Shown here one piece after another: positions 11,694 through 24,173 of a stretch of DNA of 64,000 bases (the stretch's first letter is position 1; each line of letters begins with the position of its first letter). Source of the stretch: Calcarisporiella thermophila CBS 279.70 (Eukaryota > Fungi > Calcarisporiellomycota). The DNA is taken from contig NW_027192191.1 in NCBI RefSeq assembly GCF_041956535.1, positions 1,127,443-1,191,442 on the forward strand, given 5' to 3'. The position numbers were made by a program, and so were the translations under genes. The notes below the pieces were generated by a model. That model was not told where the DNA came from. It searched no databases and saw only the letters and a list, made by a program, of their open reading frames with translations.

Positions 11694-13610
11694 TTAGCCC
11701 TCTTGGAGGTTCCCCTTGAAGGAGAAATCATATACCCGATAGGGGTGTTTCCAACTCTGTGTGCTGAGCAGTCGAATGAAGCGGTAGCCTGTATCGGGAA
11801 CGAAGAAAGTGCAATCAAGAGGCCTAATATCTCCATCTGTGATGCTGGACTCTTGGCAAAGGACTCGAGGGGGGGGATTCAACGGAATCTAGAGCATTTC
11901 ACAGGTGAGTAAAACACGATCCAAGCCAGGAAAAGCCGGCTCCAACTTACCCATTCGGACCCATCATAGGAAATGTGGATCATAAGGGCAGAAAAGTAGG
12001 CCTTCTCATGCCCAATAAGCAGGCGGAAGGTGGCAGGAAGGGGGAGAGGCAGGAGGAGATCGAGGCCGATGTAGTCACCCGCCGATATATCTAGCCAATG
12101 TTCTGTTAGGGAGCGTCTCTCTCCGGAAGCCACAACAAGCTAGCCACTCACCTTTCTGCGACTTCCAGGCCGTCCAATCTCCACCATCAACCGCGTGGCT
12201 GTACGGATTCGAGATGAACGGGCTTGTCTTGAAGAGGTTCTCGTGGGTATCCTCGTTCTCCGTGATGTTGATGTGGGGTAGATAGCGAAGCACCCGCACG
12301 TTGGGGAACGAGTGCTTGTTGGTGAGGAACAGGCATCGGTCGTGGTGGCAAGGAGAGCGCACATCGCGCTGATACAGAGTGGGGGCGAGCTCTTCAGCTT
12401 CAAAGAGGCCAGTCTTATTGTGAAGATGAGAGAAGATGTGTTCAAGCGCCTTGTGCTGGAACGGAGATCAACGAAACGTGTTAGCGAAAATTCAAAAAGA
12501 AGTGGGGGAGAGGGCCACGGAGGGGGTGGGCGATGGCTTACCATATATATTTTGTTTCGAATGCGGCCCTCTCCGGCACTGAACGCATTCTCTTGCGGCA
12601 GCTCCAGCAGCTCGTTTTCTAATTGGTATGGCGGCTGATTCATAAAGGTGGTGAAATACATGTCAGCATAGGCAAATTCGGTGGGGTCCATCCCCGTAGT
12701 CGAGGTCATTTTGAGGAATTGGACGACTTTGTCACGGGCGACAAAAGCTCCAGTTCCGACCCAAGAGAAGCAGGTATGAAGGCTGACACCTATTAGAAAG
12801 GACGAAATAAACGGGGTCGTTTAGCTATAGACGTCACTTAACCCATGCTCCAAGACAAAACCCACCATCGTTGTAAAAGCACCATTTCCAATTGGTGAGA
12901 CTATAGACATCCGCATTCGTATCCGTGTGGACAAATTGCGGGAACCTCAAGAAATTGGCATACATACTTCGAAGATGGCGAATAATCCAATCGTCATCTT
13001 GGAAGTAGCAGTAGGGAGTGCTGGCGGCTGCACAGGCCATGTATCGTGCAACAAAATGCATATTGCCTGGAGAATTGAAAATAGAGACTCTGCCCGGACA
13101 GCTCTCTTCAAACAACTACAGCATCGAACAGTAATCACATCAGATCCCCCGTTCAGGGATGTTTCTAGTCAAGTCCAAGCATACCTTTGATTCCAATCGC
13201 ACATTCTGATTGTTGTTCCAAATAACGATGGTCTTGAACATATCATACTGACACAAATGCTTCACGATGATGCGCATGTTCTCCAGCCTAGCCCAGTTGA
13301 GCAGGATGGCCGTAGCTTGCCCTCGGCCCTCCTGGGGCCGAGCACCAGCTAGCAGATCCAGCGATTCAGCAGGTTTGGTTAAGGATGAGTAGAGCGAAAA
13401 GGATGAGAAGAAGTGGAGGGTCATAAACAGGACGAGAGCCGTCAGGATGAGATAGCGCTTTCGAGTCAGGAGACTGGAAAGCCATCCTCGCCCTATAAGG
13501 AGCAGCTTCCGCTTGTGGAGGCGGGTATGATGCTTGAAAATGTCCGTGTTGATGTTGATGTGGAGAGCTGCCCGATGGGGGGGCATTTTTTCATTCTCTC
13601 CTGCCACCAT
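11694..13610 (-). CDS. Type II membrane putative glycosyltransferase (GT-A fold, GT64/EXTL2-like) with C-terminal extension; start uncertain (an upstream in-frame ATG lies at 13745)
   Basis: N-terminal TM (YLILTALVLFMTLHFFSSF), then TAILLNWARLENMRIIV...IVIWNNN, ARYMAC, CYFQDDDW (DxD-type), HTCFSWVGTGAFV, YADMYFT across spliced ORFs. Confidence 0.65.
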
Positions 13611-14012
13611 GGATAAGCGGTGCGGTTTCCAGAAAATAAGGTGGTTTAACCTATGCTTCCCTGGCATATTTATTGAAATGTTTCTGGACTGCCAAAGGTG
13701 GCTTTGATCCAATTGGGTTAAAAATATCGTGCCCAATATGGTCATACGTCCAGCGAATCACCTTGGAGAGCTTGGCATTTAGTGAGTATGTTAATGCAAA
13801 GTTGATCGCCAGAAAACTAAATTCCTATTTTAATGCTCCTCTTCTCCTCAGAGGACGTAGAAAAAAAGGTGATTCGAGAAAACATTTGCCGGTTGACAAG
13901 AAGGGAGAGGAGGAGGTGGGGTGGGAGGAGGGAGGAGAGAGGGGAGAGGAGAGAGGGAAGGGGAAATGTCGCAACAAAATGAAAACAAAGAGCAAAACCA
14001 AGTACACCTAGT

Positions 14013-14720
14013 CTATCGACTCTCACTCATCTCAACATCCTTCGATCCCTCACCATTCACGTTGTCATTCTCGGCCTCATCCTCTGCAGCCTCTTCGTCG
14101 CCGTCCTCTTCTTCTTCCGGTGCCATCGTCTCCAATAGATAATCCACCACTTTCTCATGGTCACCCTGCTGTGCATCGAAAATAGGCGTTCTTCCCGACT
14201 TGTTCTTTATCTATTCACACCATTAAACAGAGCATATTAGTTCATGGATGCCACGCCCTCTTGCTGTGGAACTTGGCTAGTATTCACCTTGGCATCGGCG
14301 CCAGCCTCTACTAGGGCCTTGACCACCTCCAAATGTCCATTTAATGCGCTCCAGTGCAAAGGAGTGTTGCCCTCGTCGTTGGCACGCTGAATGATATCCT
14401 TCAGATCCGGTAAACTCGAGAATAACTCGATAAAATAGTGCACCACTTCTGCTCAGATTTTTAAAATTTTAAAAAAATTTTAAAATTCAGATAGATGGCC
14501 ATCAGACAACACAATTCCAAAGCTTGAAATGGACTCCAATCAAACACCTACCCAAATGCCCATTGGCACTGGCCATGTGGAGAGGGGTATTGCCACTCGG
14601 CCCTTGTGCTTTGGCAAGATCAGCGCCATGCTCCGCGACACAGGCCTTGACGTCTTCTAGCTCCCCGTACCGCGCGGCCCATATGATATCCTCGATCAAT
14701 TCAGAGTCAAAATTGGTCAT
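14013..14720 (-). CDS. YAR1: Ankyrin-repeat protein, Yar1-like (Rps3 chaperone), 3 exons
   Basis: WAARYGELEDV, GNTPLHMASANGHL, GNTPLHWSALNGHLEVVKALVEAGADAK, acidic C-terminal tail ending DVEMSESR*. Confidence 0.8.
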
Positions 14721-15015
14721 GGTGGGGGGGTGTGTGGGTGCTTTTGGATCGTTGCTGACCAGAACCCTTAAAAGGACTTGATTGTTTTCATTTAGTCATT
14801 TTTCGCAGTCCAATTTGTGATGGGCCCTAGGTTAGGTTCCGTTCCGTTTTCTCTTCGCTAGCCTTTATTGTTTTCCCTTCTATTTTGTATTTCCCTCATA
14901 GGTGTATTTCCCACGTAACAAATAATCACTCATCTACCCTGACTTTCCATCTTTATCGCTTAGCTTCTTTACCTTCCCCCACCCGCCTCTTCTCCAAAAT
15001 TGTAAACATACAACT

Positions 15016-16955
15016 ATGCAATCGCTGTTTATGAAACGCGTCGCCTCAACGACGCCTGTGTTGCTTCGTTCTACAAGCGGGCGATTGGCATCGAGCATTA
15101 CCGCCAAGGCATGTGCCTGCGAGCTTACACGGAGTCATATGCTTCATACCTCCCCATCAAATGGCCTTACTTTGCTGAAGAAATCGGGGTAACCATTTGG
15201 GACTTTTCCTCATTTACTCCCTTGTGCCTTGTTTTCCACCTTAATAATCCTTTCTTTGGCCACTTCCTATTGAATTCGTACTAATATGTCGTCCTCTTCT
15301 CTCATGTGCGAACAGAGCAACCAAACTGGGAGTTGGCTCCCTGAACCAGCAGATCCGCTTCTATGGTATATATCTACATGCATCTGATCGATGTATTTCT
15401 CTTTTGTCGCAACTGAAAATCCTTACTTTCTCCCGCTGTTAGCCGACCAAATCGTGAAGGTTCCACAAATGGCTGAATCCATCAGTGAAGGAACCTTAAA
15501 ACAATGGGTAAAAAGTAATTTGTTTATTTCACATAGAGTTAGCGTTTCTATTCCCCAGATTAACGCCACTCTTTGACCTGGACAGAGGTTGGTGACTACG
15601 TGAGCCAGGATGAGGAGGTGGCCACCATCGAGACGGATAAAATCGATGTCTCGGTGAACTCTCCCGCCGCCGGAACTATCGTTGAGACATTTGCCAATGA
15701 AGAAGACACCGTGAGTGTGGGTGCCAATCTCTTTAGGTTGGAGCTAGGAGGTGCCCCGAAAGAAGGTAAATTTTCGTATTTTCCTTCTAAAAAATTGCGC
15801 ACATCCATATGCCAACCCCATTGTGTCGTTAGGCGCTGCAAAACCAGAAGAATCAAAACCCGAGACTAAGGCGGAGGAGGCTCCAAAGAAGGAAGAAACT
15901 CCTAAGGCGGCAGCACCTCCCAAGTCTGAACCTCCAAAGACCCAGGAGACAAAACCAAGTAATGGATTTGATATTCAGTAGAAACCTCCCCCATCCTCGC
16001 GCCTTATCATCCACCTTTTTCAAATAGAAGCTGAAGCTGCTGCCCCTGCTCCAGCCTCAAAACCCAAGGAGTCTGAGGCATCAAGCACTTCCACGCCATC
16101 GCCTTTCGGCAACCGAGAGGAACGTAGGGTATGTACTCGAAGAATGCAAAAATACGAGATGTTCTTCGAGGTTGAACACTTACTCAATGTTAAATCTAGG
16201 TCAAGATGAACCGCATGCGCATGAGAATCGCTGAGCGCTTGAAGGAGTCACAAAACACGGCCGCATCGCTCACCACATTCAATGAAGTTGACATGAGGTA
16301 GCCCCCTTTTCCATGGTAGCATCTTGGGAAGCCTTACTAATGTCGAAAATTATATAGCAATTTGATTGCCCTTCGCAACGAGTATAAGGACACCTTCTTC
16401 AAGAAGCATGGCGTCAAATTCGGATTCATGTCGGCATTTGTAAAGGCATCGGTCGCCGCATTGCAAGAAATCCCCGCTGTGAATGCTTCGATTGAAGGCC
16501 CTGGCAATGGAGACACCATTGTCTACCACGACTACGTCGACATCAGCGTTGCCGTGGCAACCCCCAAGGGCCTGGTGACCCCGGTTCTGCGCAACTGCGA
16601 GCGCATGTCGTTTGCGGACGTGGAAAAGACGATTAATGACTATGGAACAAAGGCGCGCGACGGCAAGTTGACCATCGAGGATATGGCTGGAGGCACCTTC
16701 ACCATTTCAAACGGAGGAGTCTTTGGATCGCTGTATGGAACCCCCATCATCAACATGCCCCAGACGGCCATCCTTGGCATGCATGCCATTAAGGATCGCC
16801 CCGTCGCGGTCAATGGCCGGGTTGAAATCCGCCCGATGATGTACCTTGCCCTTACCTACGACCATCGTCTGATTGATGGACGCGAAGCGGTCACTTTCTT
16901 GGTGCGCGTGAAGGAATTGATCGAGGATCCTCGCCGATTCTTGATTGACGTTTAG
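15016..16955 (+). CDS. KGD2: Dihydrolipoamide succinyltransferase (2-oxoglutarate dehydrogenase E2), mitochondrial
   Basis: Presequence; lipoyl domain [11 protein letters not shown]...IETDKIDV; catalytic domain [20 protein letters not shown]...[17 protein letters not shown]. Confidence 0.97.
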
Positions 16956-17589
16956 AAACCGAGATAACCATTATTTTCCTTTCACATATTTCCATTCTTT
17001 TTCTTTTTATATTATGGATTGTTTAGTAGTGAACGTGAGTGAGGTTGAGCTATCTAGAGTTAACGGTGAAACTTTTTTTTCTCCCTCCACATAAATCCTA
17101 AGAAAACCAAGGCATCAATGATTATTAACAACCGAGTGGACTGGCAAACATGGGCGTCTCCGTGCGACAATGCCCTTAGAGGCAACACCGCTCTACTCCC
17201 AAACTGGGTTGTTGATTCCTTTGCTCCTTTTATACAAATTATTCCTTTATTTCTCGAACCAAAACCCACCTTCCAGGTGAAAATACACATAGTTAAATAT
17301 ATTATACCATTAAACCGTTACCAACATCCGGCTTTCACTCGGTGCATTTTTTCGCCACTTCTCAAGGCTATTTATCTTGCAAATGAAGCCTGGTTCATGA
17401 AGAGTAAGCAAGCTGTAGATTAACATGAAATATAAATAATATATATGATGTGAAGCGTTAAAAATGGAATACGAACATCCCCTCCCGTGGGCGCTGCTTC
17501 TGACTGATAACTTGGGTGCTTTTTTTCACGGTTCCACCTCTTTAGTCTCTAGCCACATAGCTACTCCCAGTGCCATCAAAACATATAAG

Positions 17590-18254
17590 CCACTGCAAAT
17601 AATGTTAAGCCTGATAGCAGGTGCGTACTATGCAAAGAACCTGCTAGAGTACCGCCAGGGGATTTAGTGTTTATTTTGTTTCGCACCAGTGCATCACCTA
17701 ATAAATTATAGTGTAATCAATCCATTAAAGCATAATGTGGGATATCTTGGAATGAATGACTATTGGCTTTTACTTTCAAATACTTCAAGTACTTAGAATG
17801 CTTTCCAATTGTACCCGGCTACGTGAAGCTCTGAAGATAGAAATTTCCCGAGGACGCTATTATCATGAACTTGTACCATACGCCTGAAGTGTTAATTTCA
17901 TTATTATTATTATTTATAATTTGAATATTTGCTTGATTCCATTACGTACTAAAATGGCTTCGGGATCCAATGCAACTTAAACAGAATTCTATCATTCTGT
18001 CGTTCTAACGTTCCTATAACTTTCTTTATCTCCTATTTTTCCATTACAGTCAACTGAACGCTAAAACTAGCAATAAGCTGGTGGTGGAAATTTCTTTGGT
18101 CCATGCTCAAGTCCAACAACTTTCTATTCGATTTCGCAGCCGTTCCGAAAAAATCCTAGAGCATTTTGTGTAATACCAAGCCTTGATACAAGCTCGCCTC
18201 GAAGAATTAAGGTTTGACAATATTGAGTCAGTATTGGGAGAGGATGAGAGTTGA
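17590..18254 (+). pseudogene. Possible decayed multi-exon gene remnant
   Basis: Exon-like segment 18050-18254 after a branch point and CAG acceptor reads QLNAKTSNKLVVEISLVHAQVQQLSIRFRSRSEKILEHFV*YQALIQARLEELRFDNIESVLGEDES*, with an internal TAA at 18171; upstream protein-like fragments also contain stops. Confidence 0.3.
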
Positions 18255-18569
18255 AAACCATCGGTCGCTGAAGAGAATTTATTCCTTCAGAATAGATATC
18301 ACCTTAGAAATAATTTATCTCAATTCTAGGGTTGTCGCCTTTGGCTTAATAACAAGGTCTCCTTGTATGTTGATTACACAGAGCCAACCTTAAAGTTACT
18401 GACAAAATTTGCTTTTGCAAGCTTGGATCCCCTCTATACTTTATTCGCCCAATGGTCGATTGTATCGTCCGTATTATTCCACATGGGGTACACAATGCAG
18501 TAATCGGTGTAGACAGTATAAAAGACGGACAAATGACTATAAAAAGAGAATGCATGGCAGGGTGAACAT

Positions 18570-19447
18570 ATGGAAACAATGGACAATGAGAACGACATCA
18601 AATGTTGCCCTGGTATCCCATTGAGACGCGGCGCTATCTATATAGCAAATTTAATCTTTGTAAATATGTTGTTAAACTGTTTGATATGCTCCTCAGACGT
18701 AGTCAGAACTAGCATTTTAATACGTTGATCTTTCATCTTAGCTTGAGCAACTTATTCAAACCATATTCTGCCTCCTTAATAGATATGGTATGCTACCCTA
18801 GACGTCTCTATATTGTCTGCCTGGTTGCTTACTTAATGTTCTATGTTTAGATTTTCCGAATTCCTTGAACATAGCTCTCGCGATCATAGCTACGAGCCTA
18901 ACCATTGGAGCTGGCATATGCAGTTATGGATGTGCTAAGGTAGCATGACCCACCGTTTTCTCTTACCCACCCACCTGGTTACTAATATCTTTCAAACATT
19001 AGAGAAAAATCAAAATCGTCGCCTTTTTCAACTACGTCCTCTTCCCCATTTTCCTTGTTCCTGGGTTTGCAATAAATGTCTACCAAATCCATATGAAGAA
19101 CCAGTCCAAAAACAATTGCGGACCAGCACCCAACCAGGACTGTGGAGCAGCTCAATTGGACTTCATACTTCATGTTACTTTTTTCAGTATTTTTTTCTTC
19201 ATAGACGTGAGTCGTCGCTCTCCTTTTCGAGGTGTAATATAGTGTGCTAATATATTCTATCTAGTTATACTTCTGGTCTAGTATTTGGCACTACTTGCGC
19301 TTGCTTCGCAAGAACCAGTCAAAAGAATCTAATCCTGGCCTCCCAGAAGAAGCTCCCCCGGCATACGAGGCCTACGACCTGACTCCGGTGCCAGCACAGT
19401 CCTCACAGCCTACACCACGGCTCGCAAATGCTGCTAAACCTGAATGA
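18570..19447 (+). CDS. Four-TM membrane protein (~200 aa, 5 exons) with C-terminal PPAY motif; LAPTM-like topology
   Basis: Four GT-AG introns splice in frame to METMDNENDIKCCPGIPLRRGAIYIANLIF|LEQLIQTIFCLLNRY|DFPNSLNIALAIIATSLTIGAGICSYGCAK|RKIKIVAFFNYVLFPIFLVPGFAINVY...FFSIFFFID|LYFWSSIWHYLRLLRK...EAPPAYEAY...KPE*. Not captured by the ORF track. Confidence 0.8.
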
Positions 19448-20091
19448 AACTCTTTAGTATATCTATTAAATAGTTAATAAAAATTAATAACATTTCTATT
19501 TCTGCCCAGATTTCTCCCTAACGCCCTTGGAGCATGTTCAAATAGCGTGTTATAACCAAGAGCAGCTTTTGTTGCACTACTTATATTCAACCGAACTCTT
19601 GCCTTCTCGCCTATTTTTGGAATTGACTCAAGTGATATTTTGTCTTGAAGTCTATATAGAAGCAACATGATATTATCTTTCGCAATCTATACGCCTACCA
19701 ATACCTGTATATGGGCCACTTCCTCCCATCAACATGGAGTTATCAATACATCCTAAAATCTGCCTAGCACCAATTCTCCAAATAATAACACTTTTTACCA
19801 TGCGCCTTAGTGCAATATGTCTCTGCAGAATTAAGCTTATTCGAATAGAACTTGCCCTCAACAATACAGAATTTACAAAACTCAATTTGGGACACTTTTA
19901 TCACAAAACTCGTGATATTTGTCGCCTTTCCTTGATTCTAATTCCAACTCTCTGCTCGCTTCTAATTTCTCTCCTCCTTTGATAGAAGCATCAGTGTTCT
20001 CGCATGAGAGAAGAGCTTTATTTTTTTTGAATATATATTTCGTTTTTCCTTTCCCTTTCTGCTATTGTTTATTTTTTTTTAAAAAATAATC

Positions 20092-21247
20092 ATGCCGAGC
20101 TCGACGCGAACAGAGAATGTGTTCCTATTTATTCCTAATCTAATTGGTAATATTCCATTTGGATTATTTATTAAATGATGAATAAGAAAATGGCGCAATA
20201 ATTATTTGGCAATGAAGTTTTTCAAGTAACTTCTATGAGATGGGTTATACCTGGATGCATTATTCAATCCTGATGAATCGAATTCCGAAAATGCCTTTAT
20301 TGCGGTCCTAGACTAATTTTGCATCTGTTATTTTTCTAGGCTACACAAGAATAATTCTTGCAGCCATTGCACTCTATTATATGCCGACAAATACCGCGAT
20401 ATGTGTTATTGCCTACTCGATCTCGGCATTGCTGGATGCGGTGGATGGATATGCTGCAAGATACTTTAATCAATGCAAGTCCTAATCTATCACGTTATTA
20501 TGATATTTTTCTTATCCGATGCTCCTTTTGATGTTTATAGGCAGCAGGTTTGGCTCAGTGTTGGATATGGTTACTGACAGGTAAAATATTCCAATGGGTG
20601 CGAAATGAATTTTCACTTACGTTATATTTTGTTTTTAATGAACGAATAGATCCACTACAACCTGTCTTCTCTGCTATCTCTGCATGATTTATCCAATCCA
20701 ATATGCAATCCTGTTCCAAGCTCTTATTGCTCTCGACCTTAGCAGCCATTATACGCACATGTATAGGTATGTTTTGAATCCGTTCGCTGTAAATTTCACT
20801 TCATGCTAACTCTACGTTCCTAGCACTCTTACCTCTGGAGCCTCAAGTCACAAAATTATTTCCGATAAGTGGCATCCGTTCCTACGAGCTTACTACTCGA
20901 ATAATGTAAAATCCATTTTGGCCACATATAGATTTTATTTTTAGGAAGACTCGATGCTCATATTATTTCCCACTCGTTAGATTGTTTTATTCCTTATGTG
21001 CGCGGGCAATGAGCTCTTCTTCATCATGCTCTACACGATGGGTCAGAAGGACAATGGCCAGAATCACAGCGGACCGCTCTTAATGGAGATTGGAAATCAG
21101 CCAATTCACCTCTGGCCCCTGCTTGCGGTTATCACTTTCCCTGTCTGCTTTTTAAAACAAGTCATCAATTGGATCCAATTCGTCAATGCGTCAAAAACCT
21201 TGGCCCGAATCGACATGGAGGAGCGCAAAGGTTCGAAAAAGAAGTGA
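20092..21247 (+). CDS. PIS1: Phosphatidylinositol synthase (CDP-diacylglycerol--inositol 3-phosphatidyltransferase)
   Basis: ENVFLFIPNLIGYTRI, LLDAVDGYAARYFNQCSRFGSVLDMVTDR (CDP-alcohol phosphotransferase motif), SHKI, MCAGNELFF, LKQVINWIQ. Confidence 0.95.
20170..20278 (+). ncRNA. Candidate intronic box C/D snoRNA in PIS1 intron 1
   Basis: Intron 20147-20339 is 193 nt, versus mostly 50-90 nt elsewhere. Box C ATGATGA at 20175-20181, box D CTGA at 20270-20273, ending 66 nt before the 3' splice site; weak terminal stem. Confidence 0.5.
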
Positions 21248-21842
21248 TATTATATAGGGCATGGAATCTTTGTAATTGCTTTTATATATTCTTTTTATTG
21301 GAATATTCTTTTTTTTGCTCTAAATCCTCATTCAGTTTTCACTCGATGAAGACAGAAGCTTTGTAGTAGATTTTTTTTTTTTGTTGGTATTTTACCTCTA
21401 TATATATCATAAACCTATTACTCCCGCTTTTTCATGAATCGTTTTTTTTTCCTCTCCTCATTGTCCTTTCTCCACGGATTATCCTAAAAGATGATTACAG
21501 CTAACTTATAATACTCGTTGCTCTGACGAGGCAAAAAATACTCTATATTTTCAATTCTAGAGGTGGGTTGAAAGACTGAGGTGAAAATAGAAACGTCAAG
21601 AATACATCTAAAAGCTTTCCCTCAAAGCAACATGAATAAAATAGAAGAGAAATAAAAATAACAAATTAAAATAAAAGTGATGTAGGAGAGCGAGAACGAT
21701 TAAGATAGGAAAGTCACTCATCCCCTTCTAAACGGAGAAATGTTGACTAAGAACGAGAGGAAAGAAAGAAGAAAGAGAGAAAAAGGGAAAAAAATAAAAA
21801 TAAAATGAAGAATAGATAATTAGTGGTGTGTCCTTTTTGCAT

Positions 21843-23824
21843 CTAGCCTTTCAACAAAGGCTGTCTCTCACCATCTCCTTTTTCCCTCCTCTGCTCTGCA
21901 TTGGATGTGTTTGGAGTCGCGGTGCTTGAAGTGGACCCATATCCCACTCCAGTTGTATAAGCAAAGCCACCAGGAGAACCGTTCATAGGTCCCTCTTGTG
22001 TTAATCGTCTCTCGATGGTTTGAGTGGATGCAATTGCCACTGACGTGGTTGGAGATCTTGATCGAATATAATCTCCGCCTCCATCGCTGGAATTCCTGGT
22101 GGATTGGCGGGAGACTGGGAGAGAGTAGAGATGGGGCGAGCCGGATACAGTAACCCCACCACTATTTCCCGACGAACGACGCCGCACATCGAGATGCGAA
22201 TAGATTCGTGGGCCGAGTCCGTACTTGACGGGCCGTCGCACCACTCTCACCTTCTTGTGAACATCGACATATACATCGGTTTCATCAATGATCTCCTCTC
22301 CGATCAGCTCCTCAATGATATCTTCAAGAGTGATAACGCCAATGGCGCCCCCCTCACCCCCTGGATCCTCGGTGACCAGCGCCATGTGGCTGCGCCCCTC
22401 TTGCATGAAATTAAGCATATCCAAGCAAGAAGTGGTGGGAGCCGTCTCGGGAAGGGTGGTGAGGGGGAAAGCGGACACTTTCAACGCATCCTCAGGGTCA
22501 TATGTAATAAGTTGCTTGACAAGGAGCATTCCAATGAAATTAGTGGGATCAGGGGGCGCATAGATGGGAATCCGCGAATAACCGGCCGAGAGAATCTATT
22601 CAATTAGAATGGGGTTACAACCACTTCATGCAGTCAAAAGTGCACCACCATGTGTGTAGAATACCTCGTCCATTGTGTTTTCGTCCAATATATGATCTGC
22701 ACTCAATATAAAAACATCCTCGAGGGGGGTCATCACGGCGGATACAGGCTTTTCGCGAAGATCGAGCACTGCGCCAATGATGGTCACCTCATCCTCCGTC
22801 AACCCCTCGACTTCACCACTGCTGCTCTGGTGAAGCGAGACCAAAGTCTTGAGTTCTACAAGAGAACAGTTGAAATACTACCATCAAACACAAAACAATG
22901 GGCGTGCTAACCTGCTTTACGATAAATAGTACCGCGCTCCTCACCCAGGAAATAGTCCAAGAGTATTGCAATCGGGTAGGCAATGGGGTAGAGTATGTAC
23001 ATAAGCGAAAGGACAAACCAAGAAAATGCAGCTGCAATGGATACGCCATGTCGAACGCAAACAGCTGTTACCAAAGAAGAAAAAAACAAGAGTATTAGCA
23101 TAGTACGATTGCTGGTCGAACCATGCAGGAACTGACCTTGTGGAATTATTCTTTAGCGAGAATAAGAAGAGCTAATATTAATACATCGACATGGAAAATT
23201 TTGGTTCAATGCACTTACTCTCCAAAAATAACAATGAGTGCAGTAGAAATCAGGACAGCAGGCCATCCTCCTCCGAATACTGAATCCATGATAATGGGGA
23301 GGGTCTCGTTCACAATGACGTTGGAAAGTAAAAGGGTCACTAGGATCCAGTGCTTGCCACGCTTGAGAAGTGCGTAGACTTTCTCAGCGTGCTTACGCTC
23401 TTCTGGTTCTCCCGATTGCGCCATGACTTGCAATTAGATGAGCGGGGAAAAGTTTAGACCCACTGCATACATGTATGGTAACATGGACACAAACTTACTT
23501 TGGATGTGAATTGTATCAACGGACATCAATGCCAATGTCAAGCCTACCAATTTGGGTCATTATTTATCATTCTTGCACTGATTTAATTTACGAGATCCCG
23601 TCCAAATCCTTACCGGCAAATACGCCGCCCATCAGTACTAGCACGGTAATAACCACCATTTTTAACCAGTAGCCCGGAGAGTCTGGATTCTCCTCCTCCG
23701 GGCCTTCTCTCCAGTCATGTTGCACATAAGCGACCGAGGCTGCGTAGCCGCGAGGGCGAAGTAGTGACAGAAAAAGAAGGAGAACGCGGCCAAAATACAA
23801 AGAGTTAAGTTGCCGCAATGACAT
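21843..23824 (-). CDS. MAM3: CNNM/Mam3 family (DUF21 + CBS pair) metal homeostasis membrane protein
   Basis: [43 protein letters not shown]|IIPQ|[49 protein letters not shown]. Confidence 0.95.
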
Positions 23825-24173
23825 GTGAGGAAAATGGTTTTGAGCCTCAATAGGGAAAAGGAGGTTAAAGAAGAAAAAAAGCCTCTTAAAATCATTGATA
23901 TTAAATTTTCCGTTGTTAGCGTCACCAGTTCAGGTCCCGCTCCTATCTCTTTGGTGGTCCTCTTCCTGTATTCCTATGGTGTTTTGCTTGTAACCCAGAG
24001 AGAGTAACCATATTCATCGAATAGGGCGGAAGAGCTATATAGCACGGATCTACACTACACTACTTGTAGACTTGGGCTGTGAACTCTGGCACAATACGAC
24101 AGATTAGTTTTTAGGATTTCCTCGGCCGGACGCGTATTCCATTTCACGATCTAGATTATTCCATTTGGAATCC

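Noticed and set aside
14455-14490. AT-only quasi-palindrome in a YAR1 intron, and TA/poly-A tracts near 1335-1365 and 1450-1580
   Set aside because: Low-complexity sequence typical of introns and 3' UTRs; no evidence of function.
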